DNA of 64,000 nt from Candidatus Multivoradales bacterium (GCA_965223325.1 CBDCWI010000002.1:3936001-4000000); one strand, 5' to 3'; shown: positions 1-9,987, numbered from the stretch's first letter. The notes: a model not told the origin generated them from the letters alone. Made by a program: numbers and translations.

Positions 1-1311
1 GTCGGCCTTCCAGTAGGTGATCGGGTCACTCTCGAGCCGCAAGCGAAAAACCCCGCCGACCACGACCGCGACGAGGAGCAGGGTGACCAGGACCGCTCGC
101 CAGGGTCGCTCGGCTCGTTCCACGCCGTACTGGGCGATCTGCGAGAGCAGTTGGATCCGGCGCGGGGGTGGAGGCTCGAAGCCGAAAACCTGAGCCAGTG
201 CGGGCAGCAGGAGGAGGCTGGCAGCCAGAGCTCCGAGAATCCCGACGGCGAGGCCGGCGCCGAGGTGCTTGAGCACCTCGATAGGCATCAAGGTCAGGGA
301 CAGGAACCCAGCGCTGGTCGACAGAGCCGAGATCGTGCAAGGTCTTGCCAACCGCGCGACCAGACGTGCACCGGGTGACAGGTCGAAAAACGGATCCTCT
401 GCTCCTGCGCTTCGGAGGAGGGCGAAAGCGTAGAGACCGTAGGCGCCGGCGGTGGCGACCAGGATGGTCGGCAGAGTCGCAGACACAGCGGTAAACGGTG
501 CGCCAACCAGAGACAGCCAGGCCGTTGCCAGAACATTGGACCAGGCTGCCAACACGCCCACAAAAAGCACGACGCCCCAGTGCCTGAGGATCGTGACCGC
601 GAGGATGAGGACCAACACCAGGGCAGCCGATGTCAGGACTCCGAGGTCGCGCAGGCCGATGCGGGTACTGTCGACCTCGGCCGCCGGGTAGCCACCAACC
701 CAGGTCGCCCAGGGCGCGCGCTCGAGAATGCGCGCGGTATCCGTGACCACTTCCTGGTTGATCGCACCGCTCGCCCGATCACCCTCCAGGGTGGGAACGA
801 TGAACATCGAGACGGCGCGGCGATCGTCCGCAATGAGGTTGCCGTCGACGAGACGATGGCCGTCGATTCGCGCCAGCAGTCGCTCGAAGGAGGCCGCGAG
901 TTCTTCCGGGGTGGCCGTGCCGGCAAGGAGCTCCTCTCCCACCAGACCCGAGGTGTCGAGAAAGCCCTGCTCGTCGGCGCGCACGTCCTCGACGGAAGTC
1001 AGATCGATGACATCAGAAACGCTGGGTAGAGATTCGATCTCGCGACGGAGGGAGGCCAGGAGCGCCAGGTCGCTGGCGGTCAAAGGTCGCCCGAGGTCGA
1101 TGCCGACCATCAGCATCTCGTCGTTCTTGAACTCGGCCTTGATCTCCTGGTTGCGGGCGCGGTCGGGATCGTTCTGGAGCAGAAAGTAGTCCAGTCCGGG
1201 ATGGATCTGGATCTTCGTTGCCGGCACGAGACCGATTACGAACGCCAGCCCGAAGAGCAAGATGATCAGGCGAGGGTACGTCTGAACCAACTTCTGCAGA
1301 ACACTGATCAT
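1..1311 (-). CDS. MMPL/RND-family lipid exporter (5' part only; runs off the left edge; absent from the ORF track)
   Basis: Partial manual translation from ATG at 1311: MISVLQKLVQTYPRLIILLFGLAFVIGLVPATKIQIHPGLDYFLLQNDPDRARNQEIKAEFKNDE..., later TM segments ...LPTILVATAGAYGLY...PCTISALSTSAGFLSLTLMPIEVLKHLGAGLAVG...LLLLPAL, still in frame at base 1 (RLESDPITYWKAD). This is the typical MMPL first-half layout. Confidence 0.85.
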   Translation of the reverse strand, partial: MISVLQKLVQTYPRLIILLFGLAFVIGLVPATKIQIHPGLDYFLLQNDPDRARNQEIKAEFKNDEMLMVGIDLGRPLTASDLALLASLRREIESLPSVSDVIDLTSVEDVRADEQGFLDTSGLVGEELLAGTATPEELAASFERLLARIDGHRLVDGNLIADDRRAVSMFIVPTLEGDRASGAINQEVVTDTARILERAPWATWVGGYPAAEVDSTRIGLRDLGVLTSAALVLVLILAVTILRHWGVVLFVGVLAAWSNVLATAWLSLVGAPFTAVSATLPTILVATAGAYGLYAFALLRSAGAEDPFFDLSPGARLVARLARPCTISALSTSAGFLSLTLMPIEVLKHLGAGLAVGILGALAASLLLLPALAQVFGFEPPPPRRIQLLSQIAQYGVERAERPWRAVLVTLLLVAVVVGGVFRLRLESDPITYWKAD

Positions 1312-1336
1312 GGGTGCGGTTACTCGGATGGATGGG

Positions 1337-4102
1337 TCAAGAAGCGGTGTCGTGCCGGAGGTTGTTTTGCAGCGCGGCCTCAACCGCCGCTTGGTCCATC
1401 TCGTGGTCGAGCGGAATCGTGATGCGAAAAGTCGCACCGCCCAGGCGGCCGTTGGCGATGGCCTCGATCGTACCGCCGTGGGCGCGGACGAGGTTGCGTA
1501 CGGTAGCGAGGCCGAGGCCGGTGCTTCGTTTCCCTGAGTGGAAGGGCTCGAAGATGCTCGGTAGCCGCGCGACGGGAATGCCGGGGCCGTTGTCTTGAAT
1601 CTCGACGAGCAGAGTGCGCCCCTCGTCAGCTCCGGCCTGGTCGATCTGCGCCTCGAGTCTGACGGTGCGGGGTTCGTCCTCACCGGCCAGGGCGTCGCGG
1701 GCGTTGTGGATCAGGTTCTCGATGACTCGCGCCAGCGCCACCGTGTCGAGGCTTCCCCTGGCGCTCGCATCGATGGCGATCTCGAGCTCGAGGTCAATGG
1801 AGCGACGCTCCAACTCACCGCGCAGACCCTCTGCGACGTCTCGTAGAAGCTCGGCTACGGTGGTCTGTTCACGCGCCAGCTGGGGCGTGCCTCCGCGGGC
1901 GAAGTTGAGCATCTCTTCGGTCATCCGACCGAGTCGATCGACGGCGGTGCCGATTTGTTTGAGTGGCTCTGCGACCGCGTTGCCGTCTCCGTTCTCGGCC
2001 GAGCGCTCGGCGAAGTGGCCGGCCAACTCAGCGTAGCCCTTGACCACGGTGAGCGCGTTGCGCAGGTCGTGGGCGATGGCGCTCGACATCTGGCCAATCG
2101 CCGCAAGGCGCGTGTCGCGTTCAGAGAGCTGCTCCTCAGCGGCCTTGCGGCGCAACAACGCACCAACGCGAGCGACGAGTTCGCGGGGAACGAAAGGCTT
2201 CACGAGGTAGTCGTCGGCGCCGTACTCCAAGCCCTCGACAATGGCACCGGCGCCGGCGCGCGCGGTCACCATGATGATCGGGATGGAGGCCAGGGCGGAA
2301 TCGGCGCGGATCTCCTTGCACAGCTGTTCGCCGTCCATGCGCGGCATCATGACGTCCGAAACCACCAGGTCGATTCGCGCGCTTTGCAGTGCCTCGAGGG
2401 CCTCGACGCCGTCGGCTGCTCGCACGACGCGATACTTCTCGAGCAGCGCTCGTGCCATGAAGTGCCGAAGGTCCTGGTTGTCGTCGACCACCAGCACGAT
2501 CGGCGCGTCCTCGGGTGGTTGGTAGTCGGGTTGGTCCTCACCGGGCGGGCGCAGGGTGGTCGGCGCAACATCCGCGAGAGCAGTGTCGCGCAGTGCGCGG
2601 CGATACTCCTGGGCGGCGAGCGCCGAGCGTCGGGCCTCAGCCATGCGATCCTGGCGACGGCGAGGCTGGCTGCGCCGATCTTCGACATGCTGCTGACGGG
2701 CCGGCAGGGTGGCGCGAAACGTCGAGCCCACTCCCACTTCGGAGTGCACCACGAGGTCGCCGCCATGCAGGCGTGCCAGTTCGCGCGCGAGCGCCAGACC
2801 AACGCCCGTTCCTTCGTGGGTGCGCGCGCTCGAACTGTCGACCTGATAGAAGCGATCGAAGACCTTTTCGAGTTCGCTCTCTGGGATTCCTGAGCCGGTG
2901 TCTTCGACCTCGAAAACGACCTTCTCGGGTTCTTCATTGCGCACGCGGACGGTGATGTGGCCCTTCTTTGTGAACTTGAGGGCGTTCGAAACCAGGTTCG
3001 CCGCAATGACCCAGATCTTGTCGACGTCGAGTTCGGCAGGTCGGAGCTTCTCTTGCTCGAAGCGCAGCTCGAGCCCCCGGGACTCCGCCAGGGGCCGCGC
3101 CGACTGAACCACCTCTCCAATCAGCTCGCCGACATCGACTCTCTCTGTGGCCAGGTCAAGCGATCCAGATTCGAGCTTCGCGATGTCGAGCAGGGCATTG
3201 ACCTGTCGTAGCAGGCGGGTGGCGTTGGTGCGCATCGAGGCCAACAGCTCGCTGTGCCCTGGGTCGCTGATCTGGCCGCGCAGGGTGTCGATAGGGCCGA
3301 GAAGAAGCGTAAGCGGTGTTCGCAGCTCGTGACTGACGTTGGCGAAGAAGCGTGTCTTGGCTTCGTCGAGCGCGAGCAGGTCCTGGTTGGCCTTCTCGAG
3401 TTGCAGGCGCAAGGAGAGGTCGCGCCACAAGGTCCTCCTGGCAGCGAATGTTCCGAGGGCGGTGAATGCCGCTGCGCAGACGAGAAAGAAGAAGTGCGCC
3501 ACCATCTCGCGCGAGGTCCCGGCGCTGGGAATGGTGAGCGCCAGGTGGAGAACCGCGGTGGCGGTTCCGAAGGCGAGCATCAAGAGCGGGTGAATGGGCA
3601 TGGAGAGCCCCAGCCCACCGATGACCAGCATGATGCCGACGAAGTAGGTGCTCTGCCAGCCGGCCATCAGTGCGCCGAGGAGTGAGATCACCGCTGCGCA
3701 GAGTAGGCCGTTGCCAATGACCAGCTTCTCGGCCCAGCGCGCGGCACCAGGGCGTCGCACGATCAACCAGGCCACCAGGCACGAAGCGGCGACCCCCAGT
3801 CTCAGGCCCAGGGCGAGATAGGCGAGACGGGGTTCGATGACCACATCCAGAAACCAGAACGCGGCGAAGAGAAAGGCCGTCGCGCCCAGCAGGCGTCGAC
3901 CCCGGTCGCGCAGCAACGCTTCGAGCTCGCGATCGAACTCGCGTGCCAGGGAAGGCTGGCTATCGCCCACGGGATGGGTTCCCGTCCAAGAAGTATCCAA
4001 AACCGGCGGTCGCCCCGTCTCGGTATGTGTTGGGCAATGGCAAGAGAAGAGCGAGTTGTTGAAAATACTAGAGTTGTGCCGTTCTCCCAAGCCCGACGAC
4101 AT
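1337..4102 (-). CDS. Membrane hybrid sensor histidine kinase: ~6 TM-HisKA-HATPase-REC-HisKA-HATPase (true start may be near 4000 or 3970)
   Basis: H-box 1 FFANVSHELRTPL; N/G boxes NLVSNALKFT, DTGSGIP, GTGVGLAL; REC VVDDN...SDVMMPRMDG...KPF; H-box 2 IAHDLRNAL, DNGPGIP, TGLGLA. Confidence 0.95.
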   Translation of the reverse strand: MSSGLGERHNSSIFNNSLFSCHCPTHTETGRPPVLDTSWTGTHPVGDSQPSLAREFDRELEALLRDRGRRLLGATAFLFAAFWFLDVVIEPRLAYLALGLRLGVAASCLVAWLIVRRPGAARWAEKLVIGNGLLCAAVISLLGALMAGWQSTYFVGIMLVIGGLGLSMPIHPLLMLAFGTATAVLHLALTIPSAGTSREMVAHFFFLVCAAAFTALGTFAARRTLWRDLSLRLQLEKANQDLLALDEAKTRFFANVSHELRTPLTLLLGPIDTLRGQISDPGHSELLASMRTNATRLLRQVNALLDIAKLESGSLDLATERVDVGELIGEVVQSARPLAESRGLELRFEQEKLRPAELDVDKIWVIAANLVSNALKFTKKGHITVRVRNEEPEKVVFEVEDTGSGIPESELEKVFDRFYQVDSSSARTHEGTGVGLALARELARLHGGDLVVHSEVGVGSTFRATLPARQQHVEDRRSQPRRRQDRMAEARRSALAAQEYRRALRDTALADVAPTTLRPPGEDQPDYQPPEDAPIVLVVDDNQDLRHFMARALLEKYRVVRAADGVEALEALQSARIDLVVSDVMMPRMDGEQLCKEIRADSALASIPIIMVTARAGAGAIVEGLEYGADDYLVKPFVPRELVARVGALLRRKAAEEQLSERDTRLAAIGQMSSAIAHDLRNALTVVKGYAELAGHFAERSAENGDGNAVAEPLKQIGTAVDRLGRMTEEMLNFARGGTPQLAREQTTVAELLRDVAEGLRGELERRSIDLELEIAIDASARGSLDTVALARVIENLIHNARDALAGEDEPRTVRLEAQIDQAGADEGRTLLVEIQDNGPGIPVARLPSIFEPFHSGKRSTGLGLATVRNLVRAHGGTIEAIANGRLGGATFRITIPLDHEMDQAAVEAALQNNLRHDTAS

Positions 4103-4128
4103 GATTTCTTGCGAAACAGCGAGGGAGC

Positions 4129-7100
4129 CTACGAAGGGGCGTCCCAGCTGCCTCCCCAGCTGCCGAGCTTGACCGCGCGCCCGATCACGGCTGTAGCGGG
4201 GCTTCCCAGTCCCTCGAACAGGTTGACCCGTGCAAAACCTGCTTCATGCAGGAGGTCACGAAGCTCCTCGCGCCCAAAGAAGCGGAATCGGCCGTCTTCT
4301 TCGAGCTCGATGAGCCTGCTCATCATGTTGGCAAAGCCCCGCAGCGCTTCGAGTTGGTGGGCTGCCTCAGGGTCGCCCTTCTCGACTCGCGCGCGCAGCA
4401 GCTCACTTTCCTCGCGGTACTGCTTTGACGGATCCCAGTTGGGCTGTAGGGATGACACCACCAAAACGCCGCCCGGCCGCAGGATGCGATGCATCTCGCG
4501 GATGGCAACCAGGGGGTCGGCGAGGTAGGAAACCACGAGCGAGCAGCCGATCCGGTCGAGGCTTTCGTCCGGGAAGTCGAGTGTCGCGCCAGGGCGAGCA
4601 TCGGCGAAGCTGAGATGCTCGAACTCGAGGTCGAGCGCGGTGGTCGCCTTCTCGCGACCGGGCCGAAGGTCCGTTGGGAGCACTTTACCGTGGCAGAACC
4701 TGGCCGCTCGGCCGATCTCCTCGATGACGTCCAGCTCGGTGCGCTCGAGATCGGGGCAGATCGTGCTGAGGCGCGCGCGGGTGAGGGGAGCGCCGCGCAG
4801 TGCTTTGTGCAGCGCCTTGCCGTAACACTCCTGAATCCGTGCTGCGGTCAGTGCTTCGAGCCCCCCGATGCGACCGGCGAGCTCTTCGACACCGTACGCT
4901 CTTCCCTCGAGGAAATCCTCGATCGGTCGCAGGCGACTGACCTCGAGGTCGGCGTTTACCTGGAGGCAGGGAAACTCACCGAGCTTGCGGGCGATCCTGG
5001 TCTCTTCGACCTTCGTTGCGGTGCGCTCGAGCGCTTCGGGCACCAGGTCCAGAATCGTGTACGAAGCCGGAGCCTGATCCTCAGTGAGAGTGCTCAAGAT
5101 GGCTCGCGACAGGTTGCCCGTTCCGCACCCGAAATCGGCGAGGTCTTCATCAGGTTGTGGATCCAGGAGTCCGACCTGGTGTTCCAGGAACTGTGGATAG
5201 TCGGGGTGCTCGAGCAACACGTCGTAGGCCAGGTCGTCGCCCCCGGAGCCGAACAGGTGCTGGTGCCAGAAGGTTCGGGCATCTCCGAGTCTGTACCGCT
5301 TGACGCGCGCCCATTCGGCGCGTGATTGCTCGCCGAACTTGCGCAGGTCCGGGTCGGTCGCCGGTCGATCTTCGCCGAAGATGTGTTTTGCCACCGACTC
5401 ACTGACCAGCTTGAAGACCTCGATCGCCTCGGGCCCCTCTTTCAAAACATGACCGGTGGCGCACTCGAAGACCTCGCGGATGCCGCTTCCCGGTGCCTCG
5501 AGCATCTGCTGGACGCGGCTGCGGGTGACCCAGTGGTCGTAGGTGCCGACGATCCAGGTGATCGGCGTGGTGATGGCTGCGATGTCCCGGCGCGCCTCGG
5601 CCAGGTAGGCCAGGTCGAGTTCCGCGGCCTTCGCGAACCAGTTGTCGACCAACACCGGGCGCCCATGGACGTGCATGCGTTCGGGTGCCTCCCCCTTTTC
5701 CCACAGCGGAAAGAGGTCGAGGCCCGCGAAGTAGTTGCGCATCATGTCCTGGGCATCGGGACAGCCGAAGGGTGCAACCCAGGCGTCGATTCGTGGCCCA
5801 GCGTCGTCCACCACCCGGCGCGCTGCGATCGCCGAGAAGGATACCGAGACCAGGGCACACTTCTGGGGGTTGAATCGCTGTTCGACGTAGCGCAGCGAAG
5901 CGTTGATGTCGTCGACCAGGTTTGACAGGTCCCACTCCAGGTAGGGCTGGTTCTGTTCAACCAACTTCGGGTTCATGGTGCTTTCACCGACGAGGTGACA
6001 GAGATCGAAACGAAGGACAACGACACGCCGACCTCCGCGTCCGAGGTCGTCGACCAGCGTTCGGGCCTGCAAGCCGAAGACCTCCTTGCGTTTCAACAGC
6101 GCGGGCGCAACGAGAACGGCGACATCGGGTCTGAGACTGGGGTCACTTGTATCGAAGTTGGCATCGATGAGACCGACGACGGACTCGCCGCGCCGATTGC
6201 GGTACTGCACGACTTCGACGCCGCTTTCGATCCGCGACCGTTGGCGCCCGAGAACTTGCGACACGCGGCTGCGCAGGAGGGCAAAGGTGCGCCGTAGGCG
6301 ATTACCCCGGGTGGACTCGAGCGAACGGCTGCTGCGGTCTTCGAAGACCGAAGGTTGACCGGGTTCATCGTCGAAGTGCAGTCCAACGCGCAGTGTCTGG
6401 TCGTCGTAGCGCGTCAAGTAGCGGATGGTCGCTCCGGAGACCGGTCGCTCGTAGCCGTTCTGGCTGACCATGAAGTGCGGCAGCCGCGTCCCGACCAGGA
6501 ACGGCGTGTTCAGAGGAACGCACATCGAGGCGCCGCCTTCGGCAAGGTCGAGGAGCTCGAAGCGCGTGAAGCCGCCGGTGAGGTGGGGAGCGCGGAACTC
6601 ACAGTAGCCCGCCGCCTCGCTCCGACGGTTGGTCCGGCGTTCGGTGACGTAGAGCCGTTGCGGTGCGAGCAACACGGGGCGTTGCCCAGGTACGAGCAGA
6701 ACGCCCTCGAAGGCGTAGAACAGGCTACCGTCTGAGAACACGATGTAGACGACACGGCTGGTCGTGTCCTCGACCAGCTCGACGCCGTCGAGGGTGAGGG
6801 TCGAGCGCGTCGGGTCGTCGTTGAGTGTCAAGCCAGCGAGTGTCGCCTCGTCGATCTGGAACCCGCGTTGAGCCAGGACGCTGATCGGGTAGCGGCCGGC
6901 AATGGCGGTCCGGAGGATCGCTTCGACTCCCTCTGGATCGGCAACCGGCAACAGGTTGCTGGGTAACAGGTCGCCTAGTCGTTGCTGCACGCGCACGATG
7001 GCGTCGTCCATCTCGAGAAAGCCGGCGTGACTTCGCAGGCGTGCACGGTCGCGCGCCGCGAGCTCTTCGAAGCGCACGCCGAAACCAGCCGGGCTGGTCC

Positions 7101-7389
7101 GCACCACACGTGCCGCGACCTCGATAGGTCGCGAGTCGGTGGGCAGGGTCAACCGCAAGGCGAGCCTTTCGCCCGGCTCGAGTTTCGTCGTTGTACGAAC
7201 GAAGGCTCCATCGGCACTCAGGTCGGAGGCGATTGCTGGTCCAGCCAGCTGCTCGCCCGAGTCGATGCGCACTGCGATATAGGTCGCCCGCCGAGGTGCA
7301 AGGCGGGCTTCCGACTCGCTGCTGCGAGCAGTCGGTGAAGGCATGGCGGTTTGTGGCCCGGGCTGCGAAGGCAGCCAGCTGGTCGTCAC
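4129..7389 (-). CDS. Multidomain protein: PilZ + YcgR-like/PilZ + LuxD-like alpha/beta-hydrolase (acyl-ACP thioesterase-like) + class I SAM methyltransferase
   Basis: PilZ motifs RLAPR/DLSADG and ERRTNRR/DLAEGG; LuxD-like RFDLCHLVGES, LVSVSFSAIAA, TYDHWV, TGHVL; methyltransferase DFGCGTG and REMHRILRPGG. GGAG lies upstream of the GTG start. Confidence 0.85.
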   Translation of the reverse strand: MTTSWLPSQPGPQTAMPSPTARSSESEARLAPRRATYIAVRIDSGEQLAGPAIASDLSADGAFVRTTTKLEPGERLALRLTLPTDSRPIEVAARVVRTSPAGFGVRFEELAARDRARLRSHAGFLEMDDAIVRVQQRLGDLLPSNLLPVADPEGVEAILRTAIAGRYPISVLAQRGFQIDEATLAGLTLNDDPTRSTLTLDGVELVEDTTSRVVYIVFSDGSLFYAFEGVLLVPGQRPVLLAPQRLYVTERRTNRRSEAAGYCEFRAPHLTGGFTRFELLDLAEGGASMCVPLNTPFLVGTRLPHFMVSQNGYERPVSGATIRYLTRYDDQTLRVGLHFDDEPGQPSVFEDRSSRSLESTRGNRLRRTFALLRSRVSQVLGRQRSRIESGVEVVQYRNRRGESVVGLIDANFDTSDPSLRPDVAVLVAPALLKRKEVFGLQARTLVDDLGRGGRRVVVLRFDLCHLVGESTMNPKLVEQNQPYLEWDLSNLVDDINASLRYVEQRFNPQKCALVSVSFSAIAARRVVDDAGPRIDAWVAPFGCPDAQDMMRNYFAGLDLFPLWEKGEAPERMHVHGRPVLVDNWFAKAAELDLAYLAEARRDIAAITTPITWIVGTYDHWVTRSRVQQMLEAPGSGIREVFECATGHVLKEGPEAIEVFKLVSESVAKHIFGEDRPATDPDLRKFGEQSRAEWARVKRYRLGDARTFWHQHLFGSGGDDLAYDVLLEHPDYPQFLEHQVGLLDPQPDEDLADFGCGTGNLSRAILSTLTEDQAPASYTILDLVPEALERTATKVEETRIARKLGEFPCLQVNADLEVSRLRPIEDFLEGRAYGVEELAGRIGGLEALTAARIQECYGKALHKALRGAPLTRARLSTICPDLERTELDVIEEIGRAARFCHGKVLPTDLRPGREKATTALDLEFEHLSFADARPGATLDFPDESLDRIGCSLVVSYLADPLVAIREMHRILRPGGVLVVSSLQPNWDPSKQYREESELLRARVEKGDPEAAHQLEALRGFANMMSRLIELEEDGRFRFFGREELRDLLHEAGFARVNLFEGLGSPATAVIGRAVKLGSWGGSWDAPS

Positions 7390-7714
7390 GGCGGTGCTCC
7401 GGAGAAGTACCTCGTTTGCGAACTAGAACTTGCGACCAGGGGTGTGTACCTGGCGGGCCTGAGAAGGAGTGAACGTTGAGGAAAACGCGAATTATATGGG
7501 AGGCAGTCGCTCGTTGCTCTATGTCACGTTGTCTGTCGCTCTATGCTGAGCTGCGACTTCTCGTCCAGGCCTGGAATCGACCTTCGGGCGAGGAATCGAA
7601 GATGCGGGTTGTGCTATATTGGACCCTAGTTTTCCGAGTTTCTAGTACTCCTGAGAGTGCGCTGAACGAGCTGGAAAGCAACACCAAACCGCCGTGTTCG
7701 TAGCGGAGACCTGA

Positions 7715-8032
7715 ATGACGACCGAACCGCAAGAAGTGCTCGAGTCCAACATGCCCGAGAGTCTCGAAGTCGAGATCTACGGCGGGACGTACCGAGTACG
7801 TGGCGGTGACGCCGAGGAGCTCCGGGAGCTGGCGGGCTACGTAGACAAGAAAATGAAGGAGGTCGCGACACATCTCGCGACAGTCGATACGACGAAGATT
7901 GCGATCCTCGCCGCGCTGAATATTGCCGATGAACTGCGCAGCGGGAGTCGAGAGAGCCAGCCCGGGGTCGAGCGTCAGCTCGACCTGATGGCCGGTGCTT
8001 TAGAAGAGGCGCTCGGAGAATCGGTGGGCTAG
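7715..8032 (+). CDS. zapA: Cell division protein ZapA
   Basis: VEIYGGTYRV...LAGYVDKKM...KIAILAALNIADEL signature; lies upstream of 6S RNA and rny. Confidence 0.93.
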   Translation: MTTEPQEVLESNMPESLEVEIYGGTYRVRGGDAEELRELAGYVDKKMKEVATHLATVDTTKIAILAALNIADELRSGSRESQPGVERQLDLMAGALEEALGESVG

Positions 8033-8109
8033 AGGGAACCGGGAGAATCGAGATCCCCTCAGGCTCCGAATGATGAGTGCGAGCGCCCAATACGAAGATC
8101 GAAGAATGT

Positions 8110-8299
8110 TGCACCCCCTGCGCGGTACGTGATGGCCCAACCACTGTTAGAACCTACGCTTCTTTTCCGGGAGTCCTATATCCACGTGGCCTGTGCCAGC
8201 CTCGCTCGTACGAGGACGCTGATGGCTCGAGGCGCGGACACCCACCTGGTCATGCCAGGTTCTAAGCCGGACGGGTCACACGGTCGGGCGGGGGGTGCC
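8110..8299 (+). ncRNA. ssrS: 6S RNA
   Basis: About 190 nt between zapA and rny (conserved synteny). Terminal stem GCACCCCCTGC/GCGGGGGGTGC, inner stem TTAGAACCT/AGGTTCTAA, and GGGAG...CACCCACC flanking a central bubble. Confidence 0.85.
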
Positions 8300-8421
8300 A
8301 CCCTTCGTTTCGCTGGCAGCGGTCGCCAACTTGCCGCGACCGCCGGGGGTGTGAACCCCTAAGGGAAGTCGGTTCTCTCGCCGAAGGTGTCGTGCCTCTT
8401 GCCATATAGGCGGAGGTACCA

Positions 8422-9987
8422 ATGGACACGAATGTTGTACTAGCTGCGCTGGCGCTAGTGGCCGCTGCGTCCATGCCTGTGGTTTGGCTCCTGTTCGTGC
8501 GACGTGCTGCACGGCAGATCACCATCCAGGCGCGCCGCAAGGCGACGCGGCTTCTCGAAGAGGCCGACCGCGAGCGCGACGCCAAGCGTCGCGAGGACGA
8601 GCTCGCGGCACGGGAAAGAACGCTGCAGCGCCGCGCTGAGTTCGAAGCGGAGGCTTCGAAACACCGCGCCGAACTCGATGAGCGGGCTCGCGAACTGGCC
8701 GACGAGCGCCGCGAGTACACGGAGCAGGCGGCGCAACTCGAGCGTCGACTCCTCGAACAGGAAGAAAGAGAACAGGCACTCGCTGCGACAGAGGCGAATG
8801 TCGAGGCCAGAGGGCAGCGTTACGCGAGGCTGTTGGAGGACGAACGCCACCGGCTCGAGCGCGTCGCCGGGCTGACCGCTCAGCAAGCGCGCGAAGAGCT
8901 CGTTCGCAGCCTCGAGGCCGAGGCACGCATCGAAGCCGCTCACCTGATCAAGAAGATCGAAGACGAAGCGCGTGAGCGCGCTCTTCCCGAAGCGCAACGG
9001 ATCATCTCGATGGCGATCGAGCGCTCGGCAGCGGACTACATCAATGAAACCACGGTTTCGGTGGTGATGTTGCCCAGCGACGACATGAAGGGTCGCATCA
9101 TCGGCCGTGAGGGACGCAACATCCGCGCGCTCGAAATGGCGACGGGCGTCGACTTGATCGTCGACGATACCCCCGAGGCCGTGATTGTTTCGGGCTTCGA
9201 TCCCTACCGGCGGGAGATCGCTCGCGTCAGCCTCGAGCGCTTGATCGCCGATGGGCGCATTCACCCTGCCCGGATCGAAGAGGTGACCGAGAAGACGCGC
9301 GCCGAATTCGAGCAACGAATTCAGAGTGACGGCCAGGAGGCGCTGCTCGAGCTCAACCTTTCGAATGTGCACGCTGAGTTGGTGAAGCTGCTGGGGCGGT
9401 TGCGCTATCGCACCAGCTACGGTCAGAACGTCTTGCAACACAGCAAGGAGGTCGCCTTTCTGGCGGCCAACATGGCGGGCGAGCTGCGTGCTGACGTGCA
9501 CGTTGCCAAACGTGCGGGCCTCTTCCATGACATTGGCAAGGCGGTTGATCGCGAGATGGAAGGCACCCACCTCGAGGTGGGGATCGACCTCTTGCGCAAG
9601 TACGGCGAAACGGAAGAAGTTGTGCACGCCATGGCGTGTCACCACGGTGACTACGATCCTGAGACCGTGGAGGCTGTCCTGGTGACTTCTGCCGATGCGC
9701 TGTCGGCCGCGCGCCCAGGCGCGCGGCGCGAGATTCTCGAGACCTATATGCGACGACTCGAGAAGCTCGAGGAGCTCGCCTCGAGTTTCGACGGTGTCAA
9801 CAAGAGCTACGCGATTCAGGCCGGTCGCGAGGTCCGCATCATCGTCGACTGCGACAAGCTGAGCGACGAGGAGGCCATTTGGCTGTCGAAGGATGTCGCC
9901 AAGAAGATCGAGAAGGAACTGACCTATCCCGGGCATATCAAGGTCACCGTGATTCGGGAGTCGCGAGCGGTTGACTATGCCCGCTGA
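8422..9987 (+). CDS. rny: Ribonuclease Y
   Basis: N-terminal TM and coiled coil; KH domain [14 protein letters not shown]; HD domain [12 protein letters not shown]...GLFHDIGK; [12 protein letters not shown]; strong GGAGG RBS. Confidence 0.98.
   Translation: MDTNVVLAALALVAAASMPVVWLLFVRRAARQITIQARRKATRLLEEADRERDAKRREDELAARERTLQRRAEFEAEASKHRAELDERARELADERREYTEQAAQLERRLLEQEEREQALAATEANVEARGQRYARLLEDERHRLERVAGLTAQQAREELVRSLEAEARIEAAHLIKKIEDEARERALPEAQRIISMAIERSAADYINETTVSVVMLPSDDMKGRIIGREGRNIRALEMATGVDLIVDDTPEAVIVSGFDPYRREIARVSLERLIADGRIHPARIEEVTEKTRAEFEQRIQSDGQEALLELNLSNVHAELVKLLGRLRYRTSYGQNVLQHSKEVAFLAANMAGELRADVHVAKRAGLFHDIGKAVDREMEGTHLEVGIDLLRKYGETEEVVHAMACHHGDYDPETVEAVLVTSADALSAARPGARREILETYMRRLEKLEELASSFDGVNKSYAIQAGREVRIIVDCDKLSDEEAIWLSKDVAKKIEKELTYPGHIKVTVIRESRAVDYAR

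Noticed and set aside
7476-7703. zapB-like gene upstream of zapA
   Set aside because: The ORF has no coiled-coil character; the region looks like a divergent promoter.
8455-9936. Long antisense ORFs (also 16242-17789, 23492-24964, 15006-16094 and others)
   Set aside because: These are shadow frames of well-supported genes, expected at high GC.
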